From an uncultured bacterium (GTDB lineage Bacteria > Armatimonadota > HRBIN16): a stretch of DNA of 63,026 nucleotides. The notes under the pieces are model-generated. The model searched no databases, had not been told where the DNA came from, and saw nothing but the letters and a program-made list of their open reading frames with translations. Numbering within the stretch: position 1 is the stretch's first letter; each line of letters opens with the position of its first letter. Location of the stretch: contig CALJAP010000054.1 in NCBI GenBank assembly GCA_938027655.1, positions 1-63,026 on the forward strand. The letters run 5' to 3'. Position numbers and translations under genes: made by a program. Shown here in pieces: positions 1-9,256 of the stretch.

Positions 1-41
1 CCCGGTGTCTCGCAAAGCCGTTTCAACAGGTCGAAGTCCAT
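1..41 (-). CDS. partial CDS (5' end only), N-terminus resembling M42-family (FrvX/YsdC-type) aminopeptidases
   Basis: The reverse strand reads GGAGG, a 5-nt spacer, then ATG and MDFDLLKRLCETPG before running off the window edge. The family assignment rests on 14 residues only. Confidence 0.3.
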   Translation of the reverse strand, partial: MDFDLLKRLCETP

Positions 42-177
42 CTCTACCTCCTGCGTTGCTACTCTTTCTCACGCTTAGCTGTGCGCCGGGCGAATTCCTT
101 CGCAAGCACAGGAAACAGGCAGAGCGAGGGGGAATAGATAAGTAGAGGTTGGGTATGGGTGTATAGGTTGGAGGAAA

Positions 178-1452
178 ATGAGTAATTCGCCATCCTGTCT
201 GAACTGCGCTTACGAGTGCAAGATAAGGGACGATCTTGCATTACTCTGGAACAGCAGAATGGTGCCAGCTGCAGACGACCCGGATTTCCATGAACTGACA
301 GACACGCTTATTTCTACACTATCCGACATGGTGAGGGACGGAGACATAACCACAGCGGAGCAGATCGGCGAAGCAATGGCAGCACTTTTCGATCTGTGTG
401 TTAGCCTGGAGTATGCCAAGATGGTTGCCGACACTGGATGGGTTTATTGTCCTCCACCCTCTGAACAGGAGAACCCCCTATTGTTCTACACATATGTCCG
501 CGCTTGTCCTCGCTGTGCTCTTTCGGGACGTAAAGTCCTCCTAGAACAGTCACATAAGCCTCGCTCAGATACAATTGGACGTATTGCAGCGAAGACAATC
601 GGCGGGTTGCTAAATGCATTGGTTAAAAGAATAGGCAATCAGTGGCAGTTATATCAGGTAGGACGACAGATTCTGGATGTCGACATGCTGATTGCAGCCA
701 ACGAAAGCATTGCACTCTGCGAAGTTAAGGCTTCTCCGCTGATTGCTTTTCCGCTTATCATGCGACTACCTCGAAGGCTGCAGCAAAGAAGACAGAATGA
801 CGAGCTACAAAACATTTCAGAACATGTAAGCACAACGTTGCCCGCAGACGATGAACTTTTCCTCTATGTTCCGGACAGCACTGTCCGGTGTCTCAGCTTA
901 GGCAAACGTTCAGACAACGGTTTCCCCATACGCAATTTTTGTCAATCTCACGCCCGCGATAAGGATACGCTGCGGGGTATTATCCAGTTCTGGCAACGTC
1001 TGTATCACGCTTATCGGCATAAGTGGAAGCAGAAAGGTGACGATTCCTTAAGATGGTTGACATTCGGCTGCGGCGGGCGAGTCGATGACTCCAAAAACTT
1101 GCCCGGACTTGACCGTACCGATGACATCAAGAAAGGCGTCTACCAGGTGCTTAAGCTCGGCGAGCATTTTGCCAAACAGTGCGCGAAGAAAGCCGTGAGG
1201 GTCGTTCTATCTGGGAACATTCATGCCGCCCGCCACCACACAGATTATCTTTCAGGATTGGAAGAAGTTATATGGACGTATGAGCAACATCTGATAGACA
1301 TGGAAGACCCCGATTGGAGAAAGGTTCGAGTAGCAGACCTTGTCAGGCTGTATGATGCTGTGTTCACTTTTACGCAACCGCACTTCCGTGACCGAACTAT
1401 GAGCGAAGAACTGGGACCGGAAGCTTTGCTGGATAGGCTGAAGGGGAGATAG
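178..1452 (+). CDS. putative restriction endonuclease-like protein (PD-(D/E)xK candidate)
   Basis: 424-aa ORF with a GGAGGA SD. It has a candidate nuclease core LDVDMLIAANESIALCEVKASP (Asp, then 13 aa, then Glu-x-Lys on consecutive predicted strands). Cys pairs are present (CLNC, CPRC). The stop lies 3 nt before the methyltransferase start. GC is lower than the flanks. Confidence 0.45.
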   Translation: MSNSPSCLNCAYECKIRDDLALLWNSRMVPAADDPDFHELTDTLISTLSDMVRDGDITTAEQIGEAMAALFDLCVSLEYAKMVADTGWVYCPPPSEQENPLLFYTYVRACPRCALSGRKVLLEQSHKPRSDTIGRIAAKTIGGLLNALVKRIGNQWQLYQVGRQILDVDMLIAANESIALCEVKASPLIAFPLIMRLPRRLQQRRQNDELQNISEHVSTTLPADDELFLYVPDSTVRCLSLGKRSDNGFPIRNFCQSHARDKDTLRGIIQFWQRLYHAYRHKWKQKGDDSLRWLTFGCGGRVDDSKNLPGLDRTDDIKKGVYQVLKLGEHFAKQCAKKAVRVVLSGNIHAARHHTDYLSGLEEVIWTYEQHLIDMEDPDWRKVRVADLVRLYDAVFTFTQPHFRDRTMSEELGPEALLDRLKGR

Positions 1453-1455
1453 ACA

Positions 1456-3270
1456 ATGTATTCGCTTGGACGTAATTGGATGCTGATCCTGAAACTCAGA
1501 AACAATATCGAACTGGAATGTGACCTTCAGCTGGCGGAAATGGAGACAGAGCATCTGTTGGGTTGCTCTTTAATTCCTATCAGCAGCTGCGAGTTAGAAG
1601 ATTTGGTTCAGCAAGGCGTTCTAAGCCCAACAGACCTCAAACATTGTCGTAGGGGAGCTGTGGTGGGGTATCGTGCCGTCGTTGAGACGCTGAATCCTGC
1701 CCTGCTTTTCCGTAGATTGTCCTTTATAGAAATTGTGGTTGGGTATACAAGTGCGGAGACAGAGCATACCAACCACGTATCGCAGCTGTTCGCCGATGTT
1801 CCTGCCTCCTTTGTACACATAGAGTTTGGAAGTGGCAAGGTGCTCTTTCGCCTTGTGCCTCTCAACGCGGTCGCCGAGTGGTCTGACATTGCGGTAAAGC
1901 GTGCTGCAAATCCGGATGAGGCAGTACAAATTGTCCAGAAAGTTGTACAGATGGTCAGAGAGGGTAAAAGCACTGTTCGATGGCATAAGGTAGCAGAGCA
2001 GGTCTTATCAGCTCGAATCACAACGGGACATCTCTTCCACGGACTTCACGTTTACAAAGCCAAGTTCTTTCCCCGCATGGTGCGCGCGCTGATAAACACT
2101 TTTGGTTCGTGCGAATCTCCGTATCTACTGGACCCTTATGCAGGAAGCGGCACAGCCCTCACGGAAGCCTCGGTGATAGGAATACCATCCGCAGGGATAG
2201 ATATCGACCCCCTTTCTGTACTGATCGCCTCGGCGAAAGCACTGCTCCTGCGAGGTAGCACAGCAGCACTATTGGAAGGCACACAGATTACCAGAGATTA
2301 TGTCGATATGCTACGTTCAAAACAGCTATCCCTTTTCTATGCGCGCGAAAAGCATGCAAATTACATCGCGCTCCCCTCCTTCCTTGCCAAACGAGTACCT
2401 CCAGAAGTGCAGGAGGAACTGCTAGATGACATAGCTATATCTTTGTCGGCGATAGAGGCTGTTAGAGGCGATTTCAATGTCCCGCTAAGGGTTGCTCTGA
2501 GCGATGCTATCTCGCGCAAGATCAAGTTTCGCTTCTTAGGCTTAGGATACGGCCGTTTCTCGCTCAGTATCACGTCGGGGCGAGTCGTTGAAATGTTTAA
2601 AAGCAATCTCGACTATCTTGCCAAAACCATTGCTGTTTGGGAATGGTTGAGAGCTGCCGCACATCTCCACTTACCTGCGTCAGAGGTAAGGGTCGGAGAC
2701 GCTCGCCACCTTCCCTTTGACGACAGAACCTTTGACCTGATTGTTACCAGCCCACCCTACATGCCAGCATCCTCCGGGCGGGAAAACTATCTGAAGAGTA
2801 AAGCGCCAGCAATGGTAGCTTTAGGCATCGTTGGCGCAGACGAAATTGAGGAGCGAGAGCGTATGCTGATAGGCTCAGTTCAGCGGTCTTGCGACGTGAA
2901 CGGATTACCACCCAGAGCACGCGAGGTCGTAGCGTGGATGGCATCTGATGAAATACGGCAGGTTAAAGCGGCGGCTACCGCGAGTTATTTTGCTGACCTT
3001 GCGCAATCTCTGCGCGAGATTCGGCGTGTACTGCGTCCGGGTGGTCGGTGCGCCATGGTTATCGCTCGCCAACATACTTTCTACCGATACAAATCGCGAG
3101 AAGTAGTGCGGGTTATTGACAATACAGGTATCGTATCAGAGCTGGCGCAGGTAAACGGTTTGGACGTGGAAAAGATTCTTCACGTCGAGCTGAACAAACA
3201 GAACACGGTAGCACGTCCTCGCTCGCTTGATGCCTACTACGAGACAATCTTGGTACTGGGGCGAGGATGA
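1456..3270 (+). CDS. SAM-dependent DNA methyltransferase (N6-adenine/N4-cytosine type), atypical long form
   Basis: 604 aa. Motif I is LLDPYAGSGTALTEA and catalytic motif IV is LIVTSPPY, about 200 aa later. A downstream LRPGGRCAMVI strand is present. About 200 aa at the N-terminus are unassigned. Confidence 0.75.
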   Translation: MYSLGRNWMLILKLRNNIELECDLQLAEMETEHLLGCSLIPISSCELEDLVQQGVLSPTDLKHCRRGAVVGYRAVVETLNPALLFRRLSFIEIVVGYTSAETEHTNHVSQLFADVPASFVHIEFGSGKVLFRLVPLNAVAEWSDIAVKRAANPDEAVQIVQKVVQMVREGKSTVRWHKVAEQVLSARITTGHLFHGLHVYKAKFFPRMVRALINTFGSCESPYLLDPYAGSGTALTEASVIGIPSAGIDIDPLSVLIASAKALLLRGSTAALLEGTQITRDYVDMLRSKQLSLFYAREKHANYIALPSFLAKRVPPEVQEELLDDIAISLSAIEAVRGDFNVPLRVALSDAISRKIKFRFLGLGYGRFSLSITSGRVVEMFKSNLDYLAKTIAVWEWLRAAAHLHLPASEVRVGDARHLPFDDRTFDLIVTSPPYMPASSGRENYLKSKAPAMVALGIVGADEIEERERMLIGSVQRSCDVNGLPPRAREVVAWMASDEIRQVKAAATASYFADLAQSLREIRRVLRPGGRCAMVIARQHTFYRYKSREVVRVIDNTGIVSELAQVNGLDVEKILHVELNKQNTVARPRSLDAYYETILVLGRG

Positions 3271-3303
3271 ACAACCAAATCCCCATTTGCTGGAGGGAAA
3301 GTT

Positions 3304-5355
3304 ATGGATAAACGTATCTATGGCTCGGTCCAAATCGCCGCATGTGTTTTCTGTCTATTTATAGCGTCATCTCATGCAGCGGCCCAGCGAGCATACCCTG
3401 ATGCCCTGCGGCGTGATATCGAGCGCGCCCGCGATAAGGTATACCCGGCAGTGGTCAATATTTTGGCAGTCACACGCTATTTCAGCGAGGGACGCGCCCA
3501 GCGATCGCCCTCCGGGGGAAGCGGCGTCATCGTCACACCGCAGGGACATGTGCTCACCAACTACCACGTGGCGGGTAATTCCACTCGTATCACCTGCTCC
3601 CTGACCACCGGCGAAACGCTGGAAGCCACTGTCGTCGCGCACGACCCGCTGACCGACTTGAGCATCCTGAAACTACGCGCTGACCCCAAACGCCGTTTCC
3701 CGTACGCCCTTCTCGGCAACTCGGATGCGTTGAAGGTGGGCGAATACGTGCTGGCAATGGGCAATCCGCTGATGCTCTCCTCGTCGGCAACGCTGGGCAT
3801 CGTCTCCAACACGCGGCGCGTCTTTACCGACTTCACGCAGACCGAGATCGAAGAGCTGGAGCTGGATGAGGGCGAAAGCACCGGTTTGCTCACCCGCTGG
3901 ATTCAGCACGATGCGCTGATACTACCCGGCAACTCCGGCGGACCGCTGGTTAGCCTCAACGGCGAGGTGGTGGGCATTAACGAGCTGGGGGGCAGCGGTA
4001 TGGGTTTTGCTATCCCGTCTAACCTCGCCAGGCAGGTATTACAGCAGGTACTGAAGACAGGGCGTATCCAGCGCGGATGGCTGGGATTGACGGTTCTACC
4101 GGTAGAGAAGCTGGGGCGCAAAACGGGCGTGCTGGTCTCCTCGATATTCCCTGGCTCGCCCGCGCAGAAAGCGGGCATCCAGCCCGGTGACATCATCCTG
4201 TCTGTCGATGGTGCAGCCACAAACGCCCGCTTTTTCGAGGAGATACCCCTCTTCTACCAGCGGATTGCCTCTCTACCTGTGGGCAAGAAGGTGACCATCC
4301 GTCTGTTGCGCGGAGGTAAGGAACGCACAGTGAGCGTGGTGACCGCGCAGTGGGAGCGATCGCGCGGCGATGAGGAGGAGTTTCGCGAGGCAGGCATTAC
4401 CGCGCAAAACATTACCCGCGCCATGGTCGTCGCGCGAAAACTCGCCACGCAGCAGGGCGTGCTGGTGACAGGTGTGCGACCGGGCTATCCGTTCGACAGC
4501 GCGCGTCCGAACTTGAGACGGAAAGACATCATCACCTCTGTCAACGGTGTTGCCACCCCCAACCTGGCTGCCCTACGCAAAGCGATTGCAGCGGCGGCCA
4601 AAAACGGTGGAGAGGCGATTATACACTTCCGCCGCGGCGAAGAACATCTGGTTACCGTCGCGAAGCTAACCACGCCGCCTCCCGACACAATGGGCGGTGA
4701 GCTGGCAAAACCCTGGCTGGGGGTCAAGACGCAAGTTGTTACCTCTGAGGTGGCAAAAGCGGTTGGCGTAGAAGAGGCGCGCGGGTTCCGCATCACCGAG
4801 GTATACCCCTGGACCGAGGCGGGCAAGGCGGGGCTGCGCACCGGTGACATTATCCTCGCGATAAACGATACCGAACTGGAAGCCTCCCGCCCGCAGGATG
4901 CTGATGAACTGCGCCGGATTATCGAGGACATGTCCGTAGGCGAACAGGTGGATCTGACCATTCTGCGCGCAGGAAAAACGCAGAAGGTGTCGGTTACGCT
5001 GGAAGAGACTCCTGCCTCCGGCGAGACCGCCAGACGGGTGCGCCAGAAGGAGTTCGAGTTCGTGGTGCGCGACATCACCCCGCTCGACCGCATGGAAAAC
5101 CGCTGGGAGCGCGACCAGAACGGTGTGCTGGTGGTAGAATGTATAATGGGCGGCTGGGCAAACCTGGCTGGTCTACGTGCAGACGACCTGATACTGAGCA
5201 TCAACGGCACACCCGTCGTGGACACCCACGCCTTCGAACAGGTGATGGAGCGCGTGGTAAAGGAACGCCCGAAGGTCACGCGCATTTTTCTGCGGCGCGG
5301 CGGACGCACCCATTTTGTGTTCATCGAACCCGATTGGGCGAAGCTCCTGCCATAA
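3304..5355 (+). CDS. HtrA/DegP-family periplasmic serine protease with four PDZ-like domains
   Basis: Signal peptide present. The catalytic triad contexts are TNYHVAG, DPLTDLSILKL and GNSGGPLV. Four PDZ-like segments follow (GIQPGDIILSVDG, RRKDIITSVNG, GLRTGDIILAIND, GLRADDLILSING). Confidence 0.88.
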   Translation: MDKRIYGSVQIAACVFCLFIASSHAAAQRAYPDALRRDIERARDKVYPAVVNILAVTRYFSEGRAQRSPSGGSGVIVTPQGHVLTNYHVAGNSTRITCSLTTGETLEATVVAHDPLTDLSILKLRADPKRRFPYALLGNSDALKVGEYVLAMGNPLMLSSSATLGIVSNTRRVFTDFTQTEIEELELDEGESTGLLTRWIQHDALILPGNSGGPLVSLNGEVVGINELGGSGMGFAIPSNLARQVLQQVLKTGRIQRGWLGLTVLPVEKLGRKTGVLVSSIFPGSPAQKAGIQPGDIILSVDGAATNARFFEEIPLFYQRIASLPVGKKVTIRLLRGGKERTVSVVTAQWERSRGDEEEFREAGITAQNITRAMVVARKLATQQGVLVTGVRPGYPFDSARPNLRRKDIITSVNGVATPNLAALRKAIAAAAKNGGEAIIHFRRGEEHLVTVAKLTTPPPDTMGGELAKPWLGVKTQVVTSEVAKAVGVEEARGFRITEVYPWTEAGKAGLRTGDIILAINDTELEASRPQDADELRRIIEDMSVGEQVDLTILRAGKTQKVSVTLEETPASGETARRVRQKEFEFVVRDITPLDRMENRWERDQNGVLVVECIMGGWANLAGLRADDLILSINGTPVVDTHAFEQVMERVVKERPKVTRIFLRRGGRTHFVFIEPDWAKLLP

Positions 5356-5363
5356 CAAACTAT

Positions 5364-5390
5364 CTGGAGGGCGAGGCTCCGTCCGAGTCG
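5364..5390 (+). repeat. dispersed repeat module A (CTGGAGGGCGAGGCTCCnnCCGAGnCG)
   Basis: ctggagggcgaggctccgtccgagtcg, starting 9 nt after the htrA stop. Near-identical copies are listed below. Confidence 0.85.
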
Positions 5391-5444
5391 TTTGGGCACA
5401 GAAGCCCACCTAATAGGGTATGATACAAAAAGGAGGACGCAAAC

Positions 5445-6359
5445 ATGAGCAAATGGCTCTGGGCCGTTTTCATCAGCCTGACGCTACTCTGCGCCGCGAC
5501 TGCGCAGGACGAAACGGCGGGCGTGCGGGCGGTAGTAGAAAAGGTGGCTCCCTCCATCGCCAACGTCAAGGTAGTCATAAAGACCACCATGAAGATGGGC
5601 GGCGAGAGCATGGATGAAGAGTCCAAAATGAGCCTGCAGGGCGTGGTGGTGACGGCTGACGGACTGATTATGCTCTCGAACTCGCCTTTCTCCCCGAAGC
5701 GGATGATGGAGATGCTTGGCGGAGAGGCGATGCCCGCAGGTATGGATTACAAGATGACACCCACCTCCATCAAGGTTACCTTTGGCAACGAGGACAAGGA
5801 GTATGACGCTTTCCTCGCCGCCACCGATACCAAGCTCGACCTTGCTTTCGTTAAGGTGGAAGGGCTGGGTGACAGGCAACTCACGCCGGTGGACCTCGGC
5901 AGCGCGGTGGAAGTGAAGCTGGGACAGCAGGTCATTGCGGTCTCGCGCCTGACCAAGGGGTATGACTACGCACCCTACTTCGCCCTGGGGCAGATTTGCG
6001 GCGAAATCGCCAAACCGCGCCGCGCGTGGATGCTTCTGGGCGATATTTCCCAGCTGGGTTTGCCGGTATTCACCCTGAACGGCGAGCTCGTCGGCGTGCT
6101 AACCACCATTGCCCCGGAGGTGAAGGATGAAGGCGGCGACACCATGGGCTTTACGCTGTTTATGCGCCTGCTTTCGGGCGGTGGCAGCTCCGGTACGGGC
6201 GGGGTGTTCGTTATTCCCGGGCAACAGGTGAAACCCCTGGTGGAGCAAGCAAGCCGGCGCGCGGCGGAGCTGGCAGTAGAACGTGCCAAGAAAAAGGAGG
6301 AGCCCTCTAAACCGAGTGCACCCGCTCAACCGGCGAAGCCTAAAAGCGGTGGTAAATAG
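5445..6359 (+). CDS. secreted trypsin-fold (HtrA-like) protein lacking catalytic His and Ser (pseudo-protease)
   Basis: AGGAGG SD and a signal peptide. It aligns by eye to the HtrA protease core, but TNxH is replaced by LSNSPF and GNSGGP by SQLGLPVF. The Asp context DLAFVKV is retained. The C-terminal tail is Lys/Pro-rich. Confidence 0.5.
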   Translation: MSKWLWAVFISLTLLCAATAQDETAGVRAVVEKVAPSIANVKVVIKTTMKMGGESMDEESKMSLQGVVVTADGLIMLSNSPFSPKRMMEMLGGEAMPAGMDYKMTPTSIKVTFGNEDKEYDAFLAATDTKLDLAFVKVEGLGDRQLTPVDLGSAVEVKLGQQVIAVSRLTKGYDYAPYFALGQICGEIAKPRRAWMLLGDISQLGLPVFTLNGELVGVLTTIAPEVKDEGGDTMGFTLFMRLLSGGGSSGTGGVFVIPGQQVKPLVEQASRRAAELAVERAKKKEEPSKPSAPAQPAKPKSGGK

Positions 6360-6437
6360 CGGGGTGAATGGCGATTATCGCACCGGAGGGTCACGTTCTG
6401 CCTTGCCCCTCTGTCCGGGGCGAAACCTCCATGCCGA

Positions 6438-6466
6438 TTGACTTCTGCCCGCGTATGTGCTAAACT
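6438..6466 (+). promoter_or_regulatory. sigma-70-type promoter candidate for rpsO-pnp
   Basis: TTGACT, a 17-nt spacer, then TAAACT, about 140 nt upstream of the rpsO start. Confidence 0.5.
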
Positions 6467-6469
6467 ATC

Positions 6470-6606
6470 ATGGTGCGTACGCCATGCATCGCCTTCTGCC
6501 GTTGTGCCGTTGTCCCCCCGGGGACAACCGTAGAACGGCACGGAGACGGTGAAAGCGAGGCGACGCACCACAATCCCAACCTCGGAAAGGGGGAAAAGCA
6601 CGGAGA
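6470..6606 (+). promoter_or_regulatory. structured rpsO 5' leader (candidate S15 autoregulatory element)
   Basis: Possible closing helix ggtgcgtacgcc(6471-6482)/ggcgacgcacc(6559-6569). Inner helix gtgccgtt(6504-6511)/aacggcac(6534-6541) encloses gtcccc/ggggac. The duplicated tgccgttg word allows alternative pairing. Confidence 0.35.
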
Positions 6607-6882
6607 ATGCCGCTGACCAAAGAGCAGAAAGCCGAGATTATCCAGAAATACCGGCGCTTCGAGGGCGATACCGGTTCGCCCGAAGTGCAGGTGGCTTTGC
6701 TGACCGCGCGCATCAACCTGCTTACCGAGCATCTGCGCCAGCACAAGCATGACTATCACACGCGGCGCGGGCTGATGATGCTGGTTGGTGAGCGCAAAAG
6801 AATGCTCGACTATCTGGCTCGTCAGGATATTCAGCGCTACCGCGCGCTGGTCAGCTCACTGGGCATCCGCAGCAAGCAGTAG
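6607..6882 (+). CDS. rpsO: 30S ribosomal protein S15
   Basis: 91 aa with the S15 signature sequence [37 protein letters not shown]. Confidence 0.97.
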   Translation: MPLTKEQKAEIIQKYRRFEGDTGSPEVQVALLTARINLLTEHLRQHKHDYHTRRGLMMLVGERKRMLDYLARQDIQRYRALVSSLGIRSKQ

Positions 6883-6937
6883 CGGTTACCTGTGTAGCCA
6901 GATATGAAGATTCAACCAAGAGGAGTTCCATCTATCC

Positions 6938-9163
6938 ATGATACACACCGTCGAAGTGGAAGTCGCCGGTCAACTGGTTCAGATTGAGACCGGCCGTGTC
7001 GCCAAGCAAGCAAATGGTGCCGTTCTTGTGCGTTCGGGCGACACCATCATACTCTGCACCGCCACCATGAGCCGGGAAGCGCGCACCGATATCGATTTCT
7101 TCCCGCTGGTGGTGGACTATGAAGAGCGCAAATACTCTGTCGGCAAGATACCGGGCGGGTTCATCAAACGGGGTGGACGCCCCAGCGACAAAGCGGTGCT
7201 GACCGCCCGCCTCATCGACCGCCCTTTGCGTCCGCTGTTCCCCAGCGGTATGCGCAACGAGGTGCAGGTCATCGCGATGCCTCTGTCGGTGGACAATGAA
7301 CACTTGCCCGACGTGCTCTCTATCATCGGTGCGTCTGCCGCATTGACCGTTTCGAACATCCCGTTTCATGGTCCCGTCGGCGCGGTGCGCATCGGCAAGG
7401 TGAACGGGGAGTTCGTCATCAACCCCTCGTTTGAGCAGGTGGAAAACGGCGACCTGGACCTGGTGGTCGCGGGCACAAAGGACTACATCGTGATGGTCGA
7501 GGCTGGCGCGAACGAAATGGGCGAGGCGGAAATCCTCGAAGCGCTGGACCTTGCCCACGAGCACATCAAGCCCATTTGCGCTGTTCAGGAGGAGCTCGCG
7601 GCGAAGGTAGGCACGGTGAAGGCAGAGTTGCCCTTCTACGCCGTGCCGGAGGACATCCTGACCCGCGTGCGCGAACAGTTCGCCGAGCAGGTATTGCAAG
7701 CCATCCAGCAACCCGATAAGTCGGCGCGAGAGGAAGCCATTGAACTGCTGAAGGAGGAGATCGTGCAGGCGCTACTACCGGAGTATCCGGAGCAGGAGAC
7801 CGACTTGCGCGAAGCCGCCGACAAGGTGGTCAAGGAGCAGGTGCGCCGGCTCATTCTCGAGCTCAAAGTGCGCCCCGACGGACGAAAGTACGACGAAATT
7901 CGTCCTATCAGCTGTATGGTCGGGCTGCTGCCGAGGGTACACGGCTCCGCCCTGTTCACGCGCGGGCAGACGCAGGTATTGACCAGCGTCACGCTGGGCC
8001 CGATGGAAGAGGCGCAAGTTATCGACACGCTGGAGGAGGACGGGTTCAAGCGCTACATGCACTTCTACAACTTCCCGCCTTACAGCGTCGGCGAGACGCG
8101 CCCGCTACGCGGTCCCGGCAGGCGCGAAATCGGTCATGGTGCGCTGGCAGAGCGCGCCCTGCGCCCTGTGATTCCGCCCGAAGAGGAGTTCCCTTACGCC
8201 ATCCTGCTCACCTCGGAGGTGCTGGAGTCCAACGGCTCTACTTCGATGGCGAGCGTCTGCGGCTCCACACTGGCGCTGATGGACGCGGGCGTGCAAATCA
8301 AAGCCCCCGTTGCGGGTGTAGCGATGGGATTGATGACAGGGGGCGAAGAGTGGGTCGTGCTCAGCGACATCCAGGGAATGGAAGACTTCTCCGGCGATAT
8401 GGACTTCAAGGTCGCCGGCACCGCCAAGGGCATCACCGCCCTGCAGCTGGATACCAAGATTTCGGGCATCCCGCGTCCGGTGTTCGAACGTGCGCTGGAG
8501 CAGGCGCGACAGGGCAGGCTGTACATTCTGGAGAAGATGCTCGAGACCATCGACAAGCCGCGCGACCATATCAGCCCTTACGCGCCGCGCATTATCGTCA
8601 TGGAGATTCATCCCGACAAAATCGGTGATGTCATCGGCCCCGGCGGACGCATTATCAAGAAAATCCTCGCCGACACCGGCACGCGCATCCAGATCGAGCA
8701 GGACGGGCGTGTATACATCGCCGCCGACGACGAGGAGAGCGGCGAACGCGCCCGCAAGATGATCGAGGATTTGACGCGCGACGTGGCGGTCGGTGAAACC
8801 TTCCTCGGAAAAGTCACGCGAACCTCGTCGCTGGGGGTGTTTGTAGAAATCCTGCCCGGCAAGGAAGGGCTGGTGCCGCTGTCGCAGCTGTCCGAGCAAC
8901 GCGTGCGTCGCGCCGACGAACTGGTGAAAGTGGGCGACGAGATTCTGGTGAAGGTGGTCGAGATAGACAACCTCGGCAGAATCAACCTGAGCGCACGCGG
9001 CTTGCACAACGTCTTCGGCGGTCAGGCAGCAAGTGCAACCCAGACTCCCGGTGCACGCACGGGTGGCGGACACGAACAGCCCGGCTACGCACGAGGTGGA
9101 GACGTACGTCGTCACCGCGGCGACGACGATACGCCCCGAGCGCGATTCCGCCCGAAACGCTGA
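6938..9163 (+). CDS. pnp: polyribonucleotide nucleotidyltransferase (PNPase)
   Basis: 741 aa with two RNase PH-like domains, a KH domain and an S1 domain (GKVTRTSSLGVFVEILPGKEGLV). It sits in the conserved position after rpsO. Confidence 0.97.
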   Translation: MIHTVEVEVAGQLVQIETGRVAKQANGAVLVRSGDTIILCTATMSREARTDIDFFPLVVDYEERKYSVGKIPGGFIKRGGRPSDKAVLTARLIDRPLRPLFPSGMRNEVQVIAMPLSVDNEHLPDVLSIIGASAALTVSNIPFHGPVGAVRIGKVNGEFVINPSFEQVENGDLDLVVAGTKDYIVMVEAGANEMGEAEILEALDLAHEHIKPICAVQEELAAKVGTVKAELPFYAVPEDILTRVREQFAEQVLQAIQQPDKSAREEAIELLKEEIVQALLPEYPEQETDLREAADKVVKEQVRRLILELKVRPDGRKYDEIRPISCMVGLLPRVHGSALFTRGQTQVLTSVTLGPMEEAQVIDTLEEDGFKRYMHFYNFPPYSVGETRPLRGPGRREIGHGALAERALRPVIPPEEEFPYAILLTSEVLESNGSTSMASVCGSTLALMDAGVQIKAPVAGVAMGLMTGGEEWVVLSDIQGMEDFSGDMDFKVAGTAKGITALQLDTKISGIPRPVFERALEQARQGRLYILEKMLETIDKPRDHISPYAPRIIVMEIHPDKIGDVIGPGGRIIKKILADTGTRIQIEQDGRVYIAADDEESGERARKMIEDLTRDVAVGETFLGKVTRTSSLGVFVEILPGKEGLVPLSQLSEQRVRRADELVKVGDEILVKVVEIDNLGRINLSARGLHNVFGGQAASATQTPGARTGGGHEQPGYARGGDVRRHRGDDDTPRARFRPKR

Positions 9164-9164
9164 A

Positions 9165-9186
9165 GGGGCGAATGGTTATTCGCCCC
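9165..9186 (+). terminator. stem-loop immediately after the pnp stop
   Basis: ggggcgaat-ggtt-attcgcccc forms a perfect 9-bp stem. No U-tract follows. Confidence 0.4.
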
Positions 9187-9202
9187 AACAAGGCACAACC
9201 TC

Positions 9203-9243
9203 CCCCTCTCCCGCCGAGTCGGGAGAGGGGCAAGGGGTGAAGG
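9203..9243 (+). repeat. dispersed repeat module D (C/T-rich hairpin)
   Basis: cccctctccc-gccgagtc-gggagagggg followed by caaggggtgaagg. The design matches 23488-23526, 19664-19720 and 52685-52775. Confidence 0.7.
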
Positions 9244-9256
9244 ATTAGTTTGCTAT

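Noticed and set aside
6932-9115. Long minus-strand ORFs (6932-7711, 259 aa; 8105-9115, 336 aa) opposite pnp. Similar long ORFs lie opposite uvrC (11464-12471), hflX (23804-24814), htrA (4485-5399), yvcK frame 2 (14850-15710), nnr (42899-43540), and the FHA genes (43537-44268, 44275-45012, 45084-45878).
   Set aside because: These are typical high-GC antisense or out-of-frame open frames. They have Arg/Ala/Gly/His-rich low-complexity composition and no SD. Each is fully overlapped by a gene with clear family motifs.
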